From an uncultured Spirochaetota bacterium (GTDB taxonomy: Bacteria > Spirochaetota > Spirochaetia > SZUA-6 > Fen-1364), in NCBI GenBank assembly GCA_963734545.1, contig CAVTHO010000008.1:320001-384000 (forward strand): a stretch of DNA of 64,000 bases, given 5' to 3'. Numbering within the stretch: the first letter of the stretch is position 1; every line of letters begins with the position of its first letter. The translations under genes were made by a program, and so were the position numbers. The notes under the pieces are model-generated. The model had not been told where the DNA came from. It did not search any database and saw only the letters and a program-made list of their open reading frames with translations. Positions 63,197 through 64,000 of the stretch are shown here, one piece after another.

Positions 63197-63664
63197 ATGC
63201 AGCACGTGTCGGAAGCCGCACTACAATCGATCGACCAGCAGTCGCAGCGCGACACGGAGATCCTCCGACTCATTGGCGAGCTCAAGGAAGTATTCGAAAA
63301 CCACTTCGACCGGACGTGGTTCTCCCTCATCATCGACGGCATGCCCATCGACTTCCACACGGTGCGGGACATCCGGGAGCTCGTGTCCCTGACCTCGTTG
63401 TACCCGGGTGAGGAAAGACAGCTTTTCCAGGGCGTCCAGGAGCTGGAAACATTCCACAAGACCGTGAAGCGCTTCCTCCTCCCCGTGCTGAGGGAGCGTC
63501 TCGGTATTTCATGGCTCTTTCCGCAGAAGCGCGTGCGCGACGCGCAGCAGTACATATTGAGGAAATTCGTCGCCTTCACCTTCCCCTACAACCTCGAGCG
63601 GCTGCGGCGGCTCACGCAGAAGCTGAAGACCTGCCTGCTCCTGTACTATCCGTTCCTCCAGTAA
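63197..63664 (+). CDS. Hypothetical protein
   Basis: 155-aa ORF with an upstream purine-rich RBS and host-like codon usage; no recognised motif. Confidence 0.7.
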   Translation: MQHVSEAALQSIDQQSQRDTEILRLIGELKEVFENHFDRTWFSLIIDGMPIDFHTVRDIRELVSLTSLYPGEERQLFQGVQELETFHKTVKRFLLPVLRERLGISWLFPQKRVRDAQQYILRKFVAFTFPYNLERLRRLTQKLKTCLLLYYPFLQ

Positions 63665-63715
63665 GATGGTAAATTCGTGCCGATGGGTGACACGGCTGCC
63701 CCTCGCCGGCGCGCG

Positions 63716-64000
63716 ATGAATCCTGCAGCACCGCCCCCAATGGACTTCAAGAGCTCCCACGCCTTGTCCCGCCGCCTCGTGGACGGACTGGAATCTGTCA
63801 TCCGGGGCAAGAGAGCGGTCCTGGAGCACCTCGTCACGGGGATCCTGGCCGGCGGGCACGTCCTGATCGAAGACGTGCCCGGTCTGGGCAAGACCACGCT
63901 GGCAAAGACCGTCGCGCGGCTGATCTCACGCTCCCGCAAGGGAAGCGCCGTGGTGTTCCGCCGCATCCAGTTCACCCCCGATCTCCTTCCCTACGACATC
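63716..64000 (+). CDS. MoxR family AAA ATPase (runs off the right edge; start uncertain)
   Basis: GHVLIEDVPGLGKTTLAK...FRRIQFTPDLLPYDI. Confidence 0.9.
   Translation, partial: MNPAAPPPMDFKSSHALSRRLVDGLESVIRGKRAVLEHLVTGILAGGHVLIEDVPGLGKTTLAKTVARLISRSRKGSAVVFRRIQFTPDLLPYDI

Overview
GC-rich bacterial chromosomal window with about 65 CDS. A Spirochaetota origin is likely but only inferred, from the class I LysRS, the many lipoproteins and the adenylate cyclase/coiled-coil pair. Main content, left to right: sensor and regulator genes; a sugar ABC operon with no ATPase; a ~3.9-kb ECF sigma/YciI/VOC/MBL block between an intact radical-SAM gene and a decayed copy of its 3' end; and a bacterial microcompartment locus of the sugar-phosphate (SPU, DeoC+RpiB) type with 2 BMC-H, 1 BMC-T, 4 BMC-P, an acylating aldehyde dehydrogenase and a leading SDR. 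These are followed by a GH2 beta-galactosidase, a membrane adenylate cyclase, a ~1300-aa lipoprotein with 8 Ig/CARDB-like repeats, ilvBND, lysS-mntH-usp, an orphan DNA methyltransferase with a nuclease-like tail, and a DEDDh exonuclease-WYL fusion. The most unusual signals are non-coding. (i) An HTH-HATPase-STAS-like gene is bracketed by two direct copies of a three-box ATTGTCAAC site with identical 11- and 23-bp spacing. (ii) A 76-nt tRNA-shaped but non-canonical element lies at 63016-63091. Seven genes carry single +1 insertions, which are probably sequencing errors. No CRISPR array, rRNA, canonical tRNA, transposase or integrase was seen. All calls come from reading motifs by eye; no database searches were run.
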